A stretch of DNA of 64,000 bases from Harriotta raleighana. Its lineage: Eukaryota. Made by a program: the position numbers and the translations under genes. Numbering within the stretch: the stretch's first letter is position 1; the number at the start of each line of letters is the position of its first letter. This document shows, piece after piece, positions 1 to 13,959 of the stretch. Where the stretch lies: assembly GCA_050575255.1 (NCBI GenBank), contig JBNZDD010013726.1:7092236-7156235 (forward strand), given 5' to 3'. Under the pieces are notes generated by a model. That model searched no databases. It worked only from the letters and a program-made list of their open reading frames with translations, and was not told the origin of the DNA.

Positions 1-910
1 GTGATAAGTTGTTTGATCCCTTGTGCCATGATTTTCACTGCTAAGCACAGATATTCTATTAGCAATATTCTGTACTTTTAAACCGAGAATATAAAACATC
101 ACTGACAGACAAGGAAGAAACATGTGTCTCGGGACTCAATTGTAGAACTCTTTGAAAATACTGTACATAACACAACCTCCATTTTCCCATCTTCCTTCCT
201 GCTCCCTCTCCTGCTCATTGAAGTCTATTTCAGCCACTCCCTATCCTCCATCTCTTTAGCAATATCCACCCAAGATGCCAATGCAGCATTAATTTGTGGA
301 CAGCTTGGTTTGGGGAAAGGGTCAGGTAATCACATTAAGGAGAATCAAAAAGTCCCTGGCAAGCACAGTGAAATAATTGCTCCTCCGACAATATTTAAAC
401 AAGTACAGTACAAACGATGCATTACAGAATACATTTTCTAGCTTGTCAGAGAGATATGAATTGAAGCATTTTCGGTGATCTTTTTGATCTCGACACGGAT
501 ATTAATCTCCCAATAGAGGTTGAAATCTTGCTTAGAATAACACCAAACAAAACAGTTCCTTTCTCTACACACAGACACACAGGCGCCAGAAATATACCTA
601 GTGTTCTTAAGAATTGCCTTACTTAAATATGTGATTTTCTACTTCAGAATGAGACCTTGACAGGTTGAATTCAATATTAAGCTCTTGGGGCATTCTCCTG
701 AAACAAATTACACAGAATATTCCGGAATCTGCTTAATTAGCTACATTTCACTCTGCACACCTCTCCAGGGTACATGGCTGATATTCATATACCCTTTTCA
801 TACTGTCATCTATAACATTTCAATTTTCTATTTCCTATTGAAAGCATAAACAAAAAATACCAGAAGCAATATCAATAAGGACCTGGAGATCACTTCACCA
901 AAGACACAAA

Positions 911-1130
911 TAATAAATAAATAATAATTCTTGCATTTGCTATAGCTCGCTAATAATACATCAGAAGGTCATCTCAAAGCACCCCCACAGGATTTACTGT
1001 GAAACGGGAGTGACTACATGTTTGTAGATAAATGCAGTAGCAAAATTGTGCACAGCGATGGCCCACAAATAGCGATGAACAAAGTGACCAATTTTTTCTT
1101 TGGGGGATTTTTGACCAGCACACCGGGATA
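911..1130 (-). mobile_element. Degenerate Deu-domain SINE, 3' half
   Basis: Reverse complement of the shared core (tttgtggg...gctgtgcacaatt) and an aaatgcaag-(ATT)n tail. Confidence 0.7.
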
Positions 1131-2013
1131 TCAAAGAAAAAATTCCAATCCTACACTAAAGGAAATACATTCAACGGAAGAAAAAAATGAAACCCTGTGG
1201 CTTTTGAGTGCCCTTTTGTACAGTAAGAGCAATGGCATCACTAGATCTTTACCTTCTGAAGGCCACCCAGCCTTATGCGGACACATATAGCCTCTCTTAG
1301 CAGTTCCCACACAGAGTCTCATATGAGTTCCATGCCCTTGTGTGGCAGTCCCCATACAGTCTGCCTATCTGATCCAAAGTAACCTCTCTCATCAATGCCA
1401 CACAGACTTTTGCTCTAATTCCCACATGCTCACTGATTCTGCTCCCAGGCCATTTTTATAAACAAAATCTTCCCCTTCCCATAATTAATTAAGCAACCAA
1501 TTCTGAAACCGCCAGATCTTAAAATTGTCCAGTTTATGGAAAAGGCCCCAGCTGCTGAATCATACTCACTGACAGATCTGATGGTAATAGTTTAGGATAT
1601 TTATACAAAGTATTAAACTATTTAATCCATTAATGCTTTGACCAAATTCATAAAAATATCATTTGTAACACTTACTCCCATGGTTGTATCTTACAGAATT
1701 TGGGGACATCTTTTTATTTGGAGAAACTAATGCAAGGTTTTAATATAACGTTCCTTCCTAAAGTTATCACATTTTTCCGTACAACACACAGGAAAGTCAT
1801 TTGTTCCAGTAAATGTATTTCACAGTATGTAATTCTCAGGTCAGTAGAGATAATGAGATGTTTGGCTGGCGTAGTCAGAGCAGTGTTGGCAGATTGCAGT
1901 GTTGCAACTCTGGAAATCATGAGAAATTATGTCAAACCGCATATGAGCTGAATGGACCTGATCTGCATGCTTCAGATGTTCTGGAAGGATTATCAAAATG
2001 CAAGGATTGTGTT

Positions 2014-2078
2014 GCGCCTTGGGACGTCCTCCCGACGTGAAAGGCGCTCTATAAATGTAATTTTGTTGTTGTTGTTGC
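2014..2078 (+). mobile_element. L2 LINE extreme 3' end
   Basis: gcgccttgggacgtcctcccgacgtgaaaggcgctctataaatgtaattttgttgttgttg: stem-loop plus (GTT)n tail, recurring many times in the window. Confidence 0.8.
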
Positions 2079-3119
2079 TAGCCTTGGATCAGGAACACCA
2101 GACCAAGTTAGAAAATATTGAAGAATAAGAACCAGTTTTATCCAAATTATGAAGTAGAAGAATTGTGTTTTTTTGAATATAATATGGTTTCAAATTTATT
2201 TTTCTTACTACCAGTATTGTGCAGATGTTTTGGAAATATATCTTTGGTTGATTCTGTTAAAAGTCTATGAATAGTTAGCAATTTGTTAGGGACGGAGAAA
2301 CTGAAAACCCAATATAGATAGTATCTCATGCAGACATATTCTGAATCTTTATGTAGCAGCCCAATAAACTCTTTTACACAGTTTGCATTAAAACAGAACA
2401 ACATCTAAATCTAATATTAAGGTAATCCCCTTCCATTATCTCTACTTGCTCAATGAACAAAATCAAATTAAATACACAGCAGGACCATCCAGATTAGATC
2501 TAGTTCTGCCAGATTTAGATGGGGCAAAGAAATACTGGGTCTGACAACTGTAAATAAAGAGACGTTTGCCACACTAGAAAGAGGAATATTTGGCTGTTGG
2601 CACCTTATTTGACTACCTTTTGTTTCAGAATTTCTCTTGAATTTTCGAAGCAGAATTCTTCAACACATTTATACTCAGAAGCCGAATTTTTATTTGTCCT
2701 GTTTAATTTCTACTCTCTTTGAATTATAATCCTTCACCCTTCATGTCTCTGCTTTTTTGGCACAAGCTCTGAAACCCAATGGCGTTCCCATGAATTACAC
2801 CGTGTGCAATACTTGGCATTCCATCAATATTTTATAAGACTCCAGAAGAATTTTGTTTAAAAGGCCTCAAAGGCTCCCATAACACGTATAATATTGTTTA
2901 GTTACCCTGACAATTTTCAGTTCCATTTTGTTTGAACTATCAGCACATCTGTTTGGATGTTTGGTACAAAATCAGACCACAGAGAAACTGCGTTTCCAAA
3001 CTATTTAGAATTGTAAAACCAACCATACCGGGACTGCACAGAAGAATGGACTAAGGGCAGAATTTCTGATTTTCAGCAAGCAATTATCTTCAAGTACTTT
3101 TAATTATTTTCTATCTCTA

Positions 3120-3320
3120 TCATTATTCTCCTCCAATTTGCTCCCCTCTCATCACCAGAAGGTGATTGATTCTATCAACTGGGAAGTATGGTTCCACAAT
3201 CACCCTCTGTCTTTGGTAGCTTGTTCAAATGCCGTTATTCTTGTGTGAGACTAGACAGCAAGTGATAGTAGGTCAATGGACTATGTGGGATATCACGTCC
3301 AAATCCAATCCTGATGAGCC
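3120..3320 (-). mobile_element. Old degenerate SINE-like repeat (family B), 3' part
   Basis: Collinear similarity with 9215-9490 (ttattcttgtgtgagactagac vs ccattcttcatctatgagcctagat). Confidence 0.45.
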
Positions 3321-4000
3321 TTAGGGAAGAAATTCTACCTGAGTCTAGACCTACCCCATTTTCATAGGATTTCATAGGCTGCAGAAATGGAAATTTCTTA
3401 AATTCACTTATCATGAAGCTGTTTTTTGGTAGATCTTGAACGAACCTACAAAAAAAAGCTTCAAATTGCCTTTGCGGATTTTCCATACACTGAATGGTGT
3501 GAAACACTAAAAAAAAGTGTTAGCTTTGACCTAGGTGACCTATGTGAAATTTCTCCCTTCGATATTCATACATGCACATGCTTGCAGTAGGGCTCTCTAA
3601 ATTGCGATCATAAACAGAAACCCTGGTGGAATATCTCTCTCCAAATTGTAAATGTTTGTAGAGCCCCAGTTGCTTCTCTGGCGGAGATCAGTTAACTAAT
3701 CTCAGGATTTGCATTGCATTGCAAACTAATGGAAGTTGATATTGCTTTGCACTGTAATACACTGTGCCTTTATCCATTTGGCAATTGGGGGAGCTTTAGT
3801 CAATTCTCTGAATGTTGTCTTGAAAATTCAGATAAGGAGCAGATGATGAAGATGTTCTGGCACCTGAACAGTTAGATGTGCAGAATGGTTCTTCATAGCT
3901 CACAGCAGCGCAGACCTGCAGCTAATTCACTTGATACATTTACCCAGTGCATGCAACATGGCTTTTATGTTTCATAAGTAATCTCTAACCTAGTTGCTTC

Positions 4001-4250
4001 ATAATAATAATACTAATAATCCTTGCATTTCCTAGCGCTTTTCATGTCTTCTAGACATCTCAAAGCGCTTCACAGAATATACTGTAAATTGAATTGACTG
4101 GTATTTTTGTGGGCGAAATGCGGCAGCCAATCGAGCTCAGCGATGTCCCACAAACAGGCATGGATTGAAATGATCAATTTTATTATTGTGTTTTTTTTGG
4201 GGAGGGATGGTAATTAGCCGTGTGGAGTAAGGAAACTTGCCCCAAAACTT
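4001..4250 (-). mobile_element. tRNA-derived SINE (family A), 5'-truncated
   Basis: Reverse complement of the family A body from ttgggcaagtttccttactccacac to the (ATT)n tail. Confidence 0.85.
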
Positions 4251-7200
4251 TCATTCTATNGGTAACTAGCCGTGTGGAGTAAGGAAACTTGCCCCAAAAC
4301 TTTCATTCTATAGAAAGGCTTACAACATTGTGAGTCACATTTATGCTTTTCTTTCCGCCTTATCAATCAAGTTTCTTTTATAAAGTGATGCATAACGAAC
4401 ATTTGTGTCTTTGCTCTTCTTCATTCCAATGAGAAATAAGGAACTGTAGGCATCCAGCAGTTTTGGAGGAGTAACTTTGGTCATGATAACTAAACTCTTA
4501 GCTTATAGGAGTCACATTTGCAAAATCAATGACGATTGCAAACACTTGCATTCACGAGTATCTTTGACATTCCAAATATTCCGACTAGAGTTTGGAAACA
4601 AATGTTTGCAGTAAAACAGTGGCAAACTCTTGGTTTAAGGGACGAAAAAGAGGCATCTTCATGGCAGTACTAGAATATGCTCCACACTTTAAAGCTTACT
4701 TGTTTATAAAACAAGTGCTTGGTATTTCGGAATGATGAGATCAAATATGTCCACGGGTCTCCCTTCCCTGAAACTCTCTTCTTATCTCGCAAATAATTAA
4801 TTGGTGTACACTGCAGTGCAGACCTGAGTTTAGCAGCCAGACCAAATAGGGCCCTGTTTATGATGAACTTTTTCTTTTAAAAATGGGAAACTCTGCACTT
4901 CTGATACTTTTGGAGACAGTGTCAATAGAATTGTCAAAGAGTTCTGGCAGAATGCAGGATTCTTCGAAATGTTATTACTGTATTTATAGCAGGAACGTAT
5001 TTCAGATTCCAACGCTATTATTCTTTTTCATGTCTGACTAGTGTGTGCTCAACCTTCCACTGACTCCAGCTCCTGGCTGCTGAAGCTAAGTTGTGGTATG
5101 GTTCCAGAAAGCCTTGTATCAGTCACATCAGTCATCTTAAGTCTCTCCCTGCTTTGTTGATGGGGGAGATGACCAGCTGATCTAAATTGGCCTTTTCAGA
5201 TACCCAAATATTTTCCACTTTTCATGTACAGTGTTTGTCTGTAGTCCTGTATTTGTAATATTACATGCTGCGGACTGTTCAATAACAGGATGGTGAAGTT
5301 GCTATCTCGTTAATATATTCAAAAGTGACCTTAACATTTTTGAGAGCAATAGCATTTACAACTCCAAGCCTAGAAACCAACTGTGCAATTAAATCAGTAA
5401 ACCACAGGCCAACACTTAACATATTCCATAAGGTGAATTAGATTGGCAAACAACCAGAATTTCTGCATGAAAGTAATCCATGTTAGGAAAGAAACTGGCA
5501 AGCACAGAAGAACTTATTGAACTTTTCCAAGTTTTAAATTTCAATTCATTGTGACATGAACTAGAACCTAGTACAGCGTTAGGATGGAAAACGTTGGGAG
5601 TGTGTCCAATTTAGAGCTTATTTTGCAGATTGCTTTTGGATGTTTGCTATCTGTTATTTCTTTATTTTATTCTGTAAATCGAGGCTCATTGCTGATGGTT
5701 GGGATATTACTAGAGGTTTCCTCACCTGACCTTCCTGTAAAAGCCCAAGCTTCCTGAGAAGCAAGCCTTACTTGTAAAAGAGGGGCTCGGGCAATCAGCA
5801 ACAATCCTATTCTTGAGCATTATTATTATTATTATTGTTGTTGTGCCCACCTGTGGAAACCACGGTACAAGTCGTAAAATGGAAAGAAAGTGGCCAGCAA
5901 CTCACAAAAATAGCTCATTTAAGAACAACTGTTGAAAACAGTTTAATTTGGAATAGTTGAAGAAAACCCTGGACTATAGAGCAGTTTACTGAGCAAAAGT
6001 AGCAAACTATTTTATCGCTGTTCTCCATCCCTCCCCCACCACCACCCACAAAGAAAATAGAAAAGCACAATTTTTCACAAAATAAATTTGGAAGGGAGGG
6101 GAGGTGAAACTCTCCCAAGTGAAACAATATGAAGGTGAATCCATTTCATCTGCAATTATGAATCAGTCTGACAGAAAATTTGGTCTTTAGCTATGTTTGA
6201 ATACTCAGTGATTATGGGCATAATTAAATGACCATTTTCACTGTTTTCAAATTAATGTTGTTTCAGTAAAACATCTCAAATCAAATCAGGTTTTACAGTC
6301 AAAATAATATAGAAAAAATAAATATTATGGATCTAAGTACAGATATTGACTAGAAGGTAAAATTAATTTAATAATATTTAATAGACTCCTATTAAATATT
6401 GATAATGAATCCGTTCATTATTTTTAAGCGTATATTATTAACAGTAATTGGATTTATTATCCATGGAATTTGCTGTGCAGTTTAGCATGGAGTTTGTTTC
6501 CTATGATGATCTTTTAAGCATTACTATGATATTTTTCCATTAACTAAACAAGACTCACTCAGAGGTCCATTGGTAATTTTAGAGTTAATGGAGGAAAATA
6601 AAGTAAAGCATAGGACTCTTAATTCATTCAAACAAAGCTGGCTCGTGCACAGTTACAGTGATAGTTTATGGGAATACTATGAATTTGTAGTTCTCAGCTA
6701 TGAACCTTGCTCTAAAGTTTATGTTCACCCAACATCTGCATTGAAGAATGCTTTTGAACACAAAGAAGAGAACGGAAATTTGGTGGTTTATGTTGAACTT
6801 GCAATCTTGATCTAGCTGCTGCTGATGTCACTGTACGGTCATGTATCAACTGCAGCTCTTTGAAACCAAAGTAATGACTTGAAAATGCATTTCTAATGAT
6901 AAGTACAGATCTAGGTCAAACAGCAGAACCACTCCAAACCTGGCTTTCCAGAATCAAACTTTACTTTTACAGGAGTAGGATAAACCCTAAAACAAAACTG
7001 TGTTTCTACAGTTGTGAGATACAGGTGTGTGTGTGTGTGTGTGTAGAGTTTCCCATATCTAATCTCCCCATGGATGTGACTGATGCCATCAATGGCAGTT
7101 CCAACAACAGCAGAAGTTCTGTAATGTACAAGGAGTGTGTGGCACTGCTACTTTTACAGGAACTGAAATCCAACTCAACAAAGGTTGTTTTCAGGGCTTC

Positions 7201-7323
7201 TCTAGAGGAAACAGCACCTACAATCTAGAACAAATCAAGCGACTAGAAATGTATAGGGTTTATGGGACAGAGCTTTGAGGAGAAGATAGCTAGCCTGAGA
7301 AATTTCCACCCTGAAACAGAATA

Positions 7324-7372
7324 CAACAACAAAATTACATTTATAGAGTGCCTTTCACGTTCGGAGGACCTC
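7324..7372 (-). mobile_element. L2 3' end
   Basis: caacaacaaaattacatttatagagtgcctttcacgttcggaggac. Confidence 0.7.
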
Positions 7373-9214
7373 ACCCGAATAGACTGAGCGGGAGATTTAA
7401 TAGAGTCATTTAGCTCTGAAGAGTTAGAACATTTGGATTCTTGAGATTATTGTGCTAAATCTGCAAAATTGAACAGTGAATTCCAGATTTCAGCTTTGTT
7501 CTTATGATAAGATGCATACTTGTTCACATTGAGGAAGGTAAAATCAAAGTGCAGGTTGCACTTAAGCATTTAATAGCTGACTGACAGTTCATATTGAATG
7601 GGGCTACAAGCCGCTATGTGTTCCTAGGAAGCAAAATAGAGGTATTTGCCCCATTAAAGAATACAGAACATTTGGGTTCTCGCTTAAGAGATAAGTGCTG
7701 TATCTCAGAGCTTTTAGATAACCAAAATGGTGGAGAAGATGGCAAGGAGAAAGATTGTGCGTCCTTCTCTGGATTACGATAGAATTGGAGTGTGATTGGA
7801 TACTCTTAAGCATGGCCATGGGTTTCCGCATGTGTTACACATCTGCCAGACCAAAGAGAAATCTGAAGTTCAGCCTTACATTACCATCCCCTACCTTTAG
7901 CAAGGATACTGGAGTTCACAGGTATGGTTTGCCTATTAAGAATTCATGAAATGCACACTGAAGATATTCTGCTCACTGTATAATGCTAAGACTTTTTTCC
8001 ACCCCAGGCAACTGGCAAAAAAATGGAACTTCATCCTTTTTTACCCCTATATTTGGTGAGGAAGAAAACCAGGAACAGGGAACCTCGAATAAATTTACTG
8101 GATTCATAAGTGTATGCATTATTTTTATGTTTTAAGGAAATGGCTAATAATCAGTGTTCTCTTTTAATGGTTAACATGCTTCAGTGCTACTGAATTAACT
8201 GTAGCAAGATACTGACAGGATCATTGCCACTGAATTTCATTGTGTGAACTGTGCTATGATAATGTGAAGTTTATGGGAACTGGATTTGTTTTTTGTTCCA
8301 CCCCTTTCTTCAGACTTGTGCACTGTTTACTTTCCTAACTATTGAGCCTTTCATCTGACAAACAAGTGTCCTCATCGTATTAGTTTATCAATAGAAAACT
8401 AGTGATAGCATGCAACCGAGGAAACGATAAAGCAAGTGAAATGAGCAGAAGTGAAAAGCCCATTTAAATCAAATTTTGTGCACTGACATACTGTACATAC
8501 ATTACGTTCAATGGAAAAAAAAGAACAAGATAGAGTGTGAATAAGGGATGTGTTGTATTCTGTACTGTACATTTTAGAAGGAAGGTTAAATCACACACAT
8601 CACAATGGTAAGATAAACTGAATGTTCTCTGTGATTCTTCATATGGTGTGTTCGTTCACTGATCTAGCTGTGATTGCGAATCGAGACTTCATAAAAGACA
8701 GAGAAAAACAAAACAAAAGGGGAGGTCAACACGGGCCAGTCTTGGGAAATTTCCAGTCCTTAGTGTCAGTAGAGGCTTGGGAAGCTGCTCTCTGAGCTGG
8801 GGAATGGTGAAAAGGAACATGACTTTAGGGAAAAATAAACGTGATTCTCAAATAACAATTGGGAATCTACAATGAGTAGGATTGAAACGATACCATATTG
8901 AAAACATTGTAAAAACAAAATCAAAACAAGTCGGAAAGGAAAATTACAGAATAAAACTGACTATTTTGTTTCTAAGAAATATTTTAATTGTCTCAAAACA
9001 GCAATTTATCACATTTTTAAAAATCAAATGCAAGGATTATTATTAGTAGTATTATTACTATTATTCTATTTTAATTTAGTTTATTTCTCCCTCTTTACAC
9101 CCATGTAATATACAGTTAATTCACTTTACAGCATATTCTGTGCAGCGCTTTGAAATATATCTTAGATGCTGTACCAAAGGCAAAGAATATTATTATTATT
9201 TGTTTCACTCTAGG

Positions 9215-9490
9215 AATTGACTCATACTGGGGTACATTTCCCTGCTACTTTGACAAAATAACCATTCTTCATCTATGAGCCTAGATTACGAGGATACACA
9301 GACTATTACAACGACGGAGACTTTACAGCTAAATACAACACTGCCCTCATTTGACATCCGGACAGAAGAAACAGTGGATGGCTTTCGGGATTAGGAACTC
9401 TGTCAGATTTTCATTCCCTATCCCAATCTCAGAATCAACAGCAATAATTCTAATGTCTCTCCCACAGCCATGATTGAGATCACCTCCAAG
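9215..9490 (-). mobile_element. Old degenerate SINE-like repeat (family B)
   Basis: Reverse strand has gatagggaatgaaaatc...gttcctaatcccga...ctaggctcatagatgaagaatgg...gtaccccag; similar to 21215-21450 (+) and 3120-3320 (-). Confidence 0.5.
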
Positions 9491-9744
9491 GACAATACCA
9501 ACCCAGGGAACATTCTGAAACATATGGCTCAACATCACACCAAATTATGGTGCAAATTATGCCTTAATGTAATAAGAATCCTATACAGTATTTGATACAA
9601 TGCATTTCACATCTGGAGGACCAAGTGCTTCACAAGTTATATTGTAAAGTGTGCTGATTGTGCAATTGCCCACCAAACATAGTCAATTCACTTAACATTA
9701 TATTCTGTGAAATGATTTGAAAAGTCTCGAAGATGTAATAGATA

Positions 9745-10040
9745 ATAATGATAATCCTTGCATTTGATATAGCAATTTTCACGTCTTCTACAGGTCTTAA
9801 AGTGTTTCATAGAATGTACTGTAAAGTGAATTGTATATTTGAGGGCAAGATGCAGAAGCCAATTGCGCATAGCAGTGTCCAACAAACAGTTGTGGATTTA
9901 AATGACCAATTTATTGTTCTTTTGAGGGATTATTATCAGGTGTGTGGAGTAAGGAAACTTGCCCAAAGTTTCACCCTGCCTGGAATTGAACCCAGGTCTC
10001 TCGCTTATAAAGGGAATGCTCTAACCACTAAACTACACAA
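9745..10040 (-). mobile_element. tRNA-derived SINE (family A), near full length
   Basis: tRNA-like head with A/B boxes (reverse strand gtggttagagc...gggttcaattcc), family body and tail. Confidence 0.85.
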
Positions 10041-13000
10041 CTCTATGAACCAATCATATTTCAATGCCAATAAATCAACATTCAGTCACTTAATCTTTTA
10101 ATATGTACTTCTACACTTTCAGTTCCATTAAGATGACATAAAACACACTAATATTATCCTCATGTTTCGCCCACAAATATACAGTCAATTTACTTTACAG
10201 TACATTCTGAGAAGATGTGAAAAATAATTTTAAAAATATTATTATTATTATTAATAATAATAAGATTATTATTATGTGGTGACCAAGCAGGACAAATCCT
10301 TTAAATACTCAGCTGCTGTAATAACAGCTGACGTGCATTGTGCAACATGTTCTGCATAAAGTATACTCCATGCTGAGTCATGGTTATTTGAATATTATGT
10401 CCTGTCATTAGTCCAGGGAGTGATTATAACATTGGTTCAGGAAACATGAAGGGATTATCCTCCGCTTTACTGTTACAAAATCTTTTTGGAGGTAAACCAC
10501 TTGCATGCTATACAAGGTGAGTATAAAATTTAGGCAGTTTAGGCTGACACTCTACTGCAGCGCTGGGGAATTGCTGCATTTTTGGAGCTGCAATACACAT
10601 TTTATACCTCTTTGTGTCTCTCAACTTGATAAAGCACTAGGCAAAATGCAAAGATTATTACTATATTTACTATTACAGCATTGCAGCTTTCAGTTTCCAA
10701 GTGGTCTCTGTGAGAGATGCCTGTAAGAAATTTCTGTTATGGTGTTATTTTAAATGATTTAGGGCTACACTGTAACTGTAACAATTGTTCAAGTTAAATC
10801 AGTGTAAAATCCTAAAATCTTACAGTGCAGAGGGAGGCCATTTGTGCCTGTGTCGGTTACAAAGCTCACAGTTTTCCTATAAATAAAACTTAACAACTAA
10901 CCAATATTTAAAATATTATTAGTGAATACATTTATGTGCATTTGGTGTATTCTGTGCTAAAGAGCATCTGTTTCATGTTAAAGAGCCAATGTATTAAGCA
11001 ATAATTTTTTTTAGTTAAAGAATAAGTGAAGCCATATTCTGGTTGTCACACGAGTGGCGCAGTAATATATTAACTCGAATGTGATTAACATTGTTTGCAA
11101 ATCATGCAAAGAGATTTCTCAAACATTGTTCCCTGAATGCGGTGCTCTATAAAATAAGCATGAAGATGAAAGATGCCACAAGACAACACGGGTGAATCTA
11201 TTTTCAATTTATTATGGACAGTGTTAAGACACTGGTACCAGGTACGTGGTAGCATTTCTGTATCAAAATCAAAAATTTGATATGGTTACAATTGTGCTTG
11301 TTTATGCTACACTTTTGTGTTTCTTTCTTTAATTCTACTTTGTAACATTCCTCCTGAGTAAGGTGCAGAAAACCAGTTTATATGTTAAAGAAACTGAGAT
11401 GAGATTCAAAAGCTGAACTTTTGCTTTAGTAACCTAAAAAGGAGATAAGCAAAAATGAACGACTTGAAAAAAAGCTTGGCACTGTGTACATTAAAGCACT
11501 TAATGGTGCTCATGTACCCAAAAGGACTGCTAGAAAACAACAACTTTCAGTATATGCCACTGGGGAAAATTGTCTAACAGAGACTGACAAGTAAAAACCT
11601 ACCTTTACAATTTGGTACACACTAAACATTACAAAAACTGGAATGATCCATGCAATACCCATAAAAAAAAGAAATATTTAAACCACTAGGACCAGACTTA
11701 ACTACATTTATTATCTATTGAATTCACAAGACATTAGGAATGTCACGATACCATTTTTAATATCATCATAAAATTGAAGCCATTTCTCGGGAACAAATCT
11801 GCATGGCATCACATATGCTTATAGCTTGATAATCTTTGCTATCACTGATGCTCAGTAGCAGCAATAGTGGAACCATAATTACCTTAGCTGTTTCATTCTT
11901 TGTTTTTGACTGAGAAAGTGGCTGAACACTCTACCCTGGGAGTTATTCCACATGCTGCACCTTCCTGTACAAGCTTGACTCTGCTTTGAATGGTAGAGGG
12001 AGCAAGCATCGCATATCTCCCCAGTTGCAAACATCTGCAAACACTCAACTCCGCCACAGCTGCCCAATCACCCCTCCTCCATCCCCATGAAATAAGTCAT
12101 TTATTGCAGTTTGCTTTCAATTTTCCAAGAAATAAAAATAAATAAACTGCATTGAACTGCACAAGTGAAAAAAAACAGCCTCAATTTACAGAAGGATATC
12201 AACCTGTACATCCTTTACACACGAAGATAAAGTTAAGTTAAACAAACTCAAAACGAAGGGAAGCTCTCCTTTTGTACTAAGCTCAGTTACATTTGAAAAA
12301 TACAACCACAATATCATCGCTGTGAATAATGTTTATGAGTAGAGTTGAACACCAGCATTGAGAAACCCCATCTGCAAAGTAAGATGCAATGAGGGCAGGA
12401 GAAAACGAAAAGAAAACAAGGTGTCATTGGTCTAGATTCACTTTTGGTGAACAAGAGTACTCTTAGGTGTATTGTAAGGAGTTTATGAGCTTTTCCCTTC
12501 GAACTGAAAGTGAGATCCCAGCATCAGTTGAGACCTGAACTCCTTCCATCTGGCACAGTGACTGAAGAAATGAAACACAGATATTGTAAATCGTAACCCT
12601 GGGGGGAAAGAATTACAAAACTCTGAACAGTATGCTGGATCGTAACTCAATTACTTACTTTCACAGCAGTAAAAGCGCAGGAGTGCAATGGGTATTCGTA
12701 TCCCAACAGCTAATTAGTTGACTCGCATTTTTCTAGTTAAAGGACTTTCCTCCGAGCCCACCTAGATAGCATCTGAAAGTTCAAAATGGGTAACTTCCCA
12801 ACACAAGCTTCTTAAACTCATTGTTTTTTTTTCCAGAAATATGTGAATGACTCCTTCCAACAGTCTGCAAATCAAGAGAAATCCTAGAATCTCTTCCACG
12901 GAAATTTGGAATCTAAATTCTAAAACTATCAAAGACTGACTGGTTGGGCGACACATTTTTATGCATAGGAGCTGGCAGCTGACAAAAATAAAATCAAACA

Positions 13001-13906
13001 ATTATAGTTGGCAGTTTCGGGCCAGGGACATGAACGATAAGTCTTTGAATTCAATTATAGCCTGAATGTGCCTAAATCTACAAATCGATCATTCAGTAAG
13101 AATGTGTCACCTGCTACAACAACAGGCCACTAGAATCTGAGAAGATGCTTTGGGAATTGTAGTTTGGATGACACTGACCTAACTCATACTTTGCCCTCCT
13201 CAGACCATTTAGATTGTGTTTAGAAGAACACAAACAGCACAAACAGAACTCAACAAAGGATAGTGCCTTTCCAAACTCTCCAATGGGGACGATTATAGAT
13301 GGCAGTGTATTTGTCAGTACAAAATGCTCTTAACATGTTTTAAAGACATGTTAACAAGCATTCTTCAGTATGATTTCTCTATTTTATCTTTATGATTCTC
13401 AAAAGCCTGTTTAATAAACTACCTGTGATAGGGTACGATGTTTTACAAGGCCAAAATTTATGAAAAAATTATTACTCTGGTACTTTTTTTTAATCTGAAA
13501 TTTCCTGCTTTGACTGCAAAGGGGTCATTTTTTCCCCCACTGTACATAGTTGTTAGAAATCTACTTGTCCAGAAGAAATATATCCAGCCTTGTTGGTTTC
13601 ATTCAGTGCTGACTTGGAACCCTTAAGTTGGAGAGTTTATAGTGGCCAATAGAGACAGAATTTCAGAATGAACCTGACCTTCACTTGACACATGGAATGG
13701 GATATCGGCCATATATATCCAATGACATTTCCTTTCAAAGGGGGCCAGTAAACCTGTCTCCTCTTCAATTACGAATCCAAGTTCAGCCCAATAGCAGGTC
13801 ATCTTCCAACAGGAAGGGAATAAAAATGGATTGAATTGGGTTGTACAGACAAGATGGAACAAAACATCTGTAGAAAATTCCAAGGCAGGCAATGCAGAAG
13901 TGCTCA

Positions 13907-13959
13907 ACTGAAGAGAGAACTGAAGAGAGCAATAAGGAACTGAAGAGAGCAATAAGGAA
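13907..13959 (+). repeat. Short tandem repeat, 20-bp unit aactgaagagagcaataagg, about 2.6 copies
   Basis: Directly visible. Confidence 0.8.

Noticed and set aside
11140-11250. Plus-strand TATA-like ctataaaa followed by an ATG and donor CAG|GTACGT
   Set aside because: ggtgctctataaa also matches the L2 tail motif, and I found no downstream exon or other support for a nested gene.
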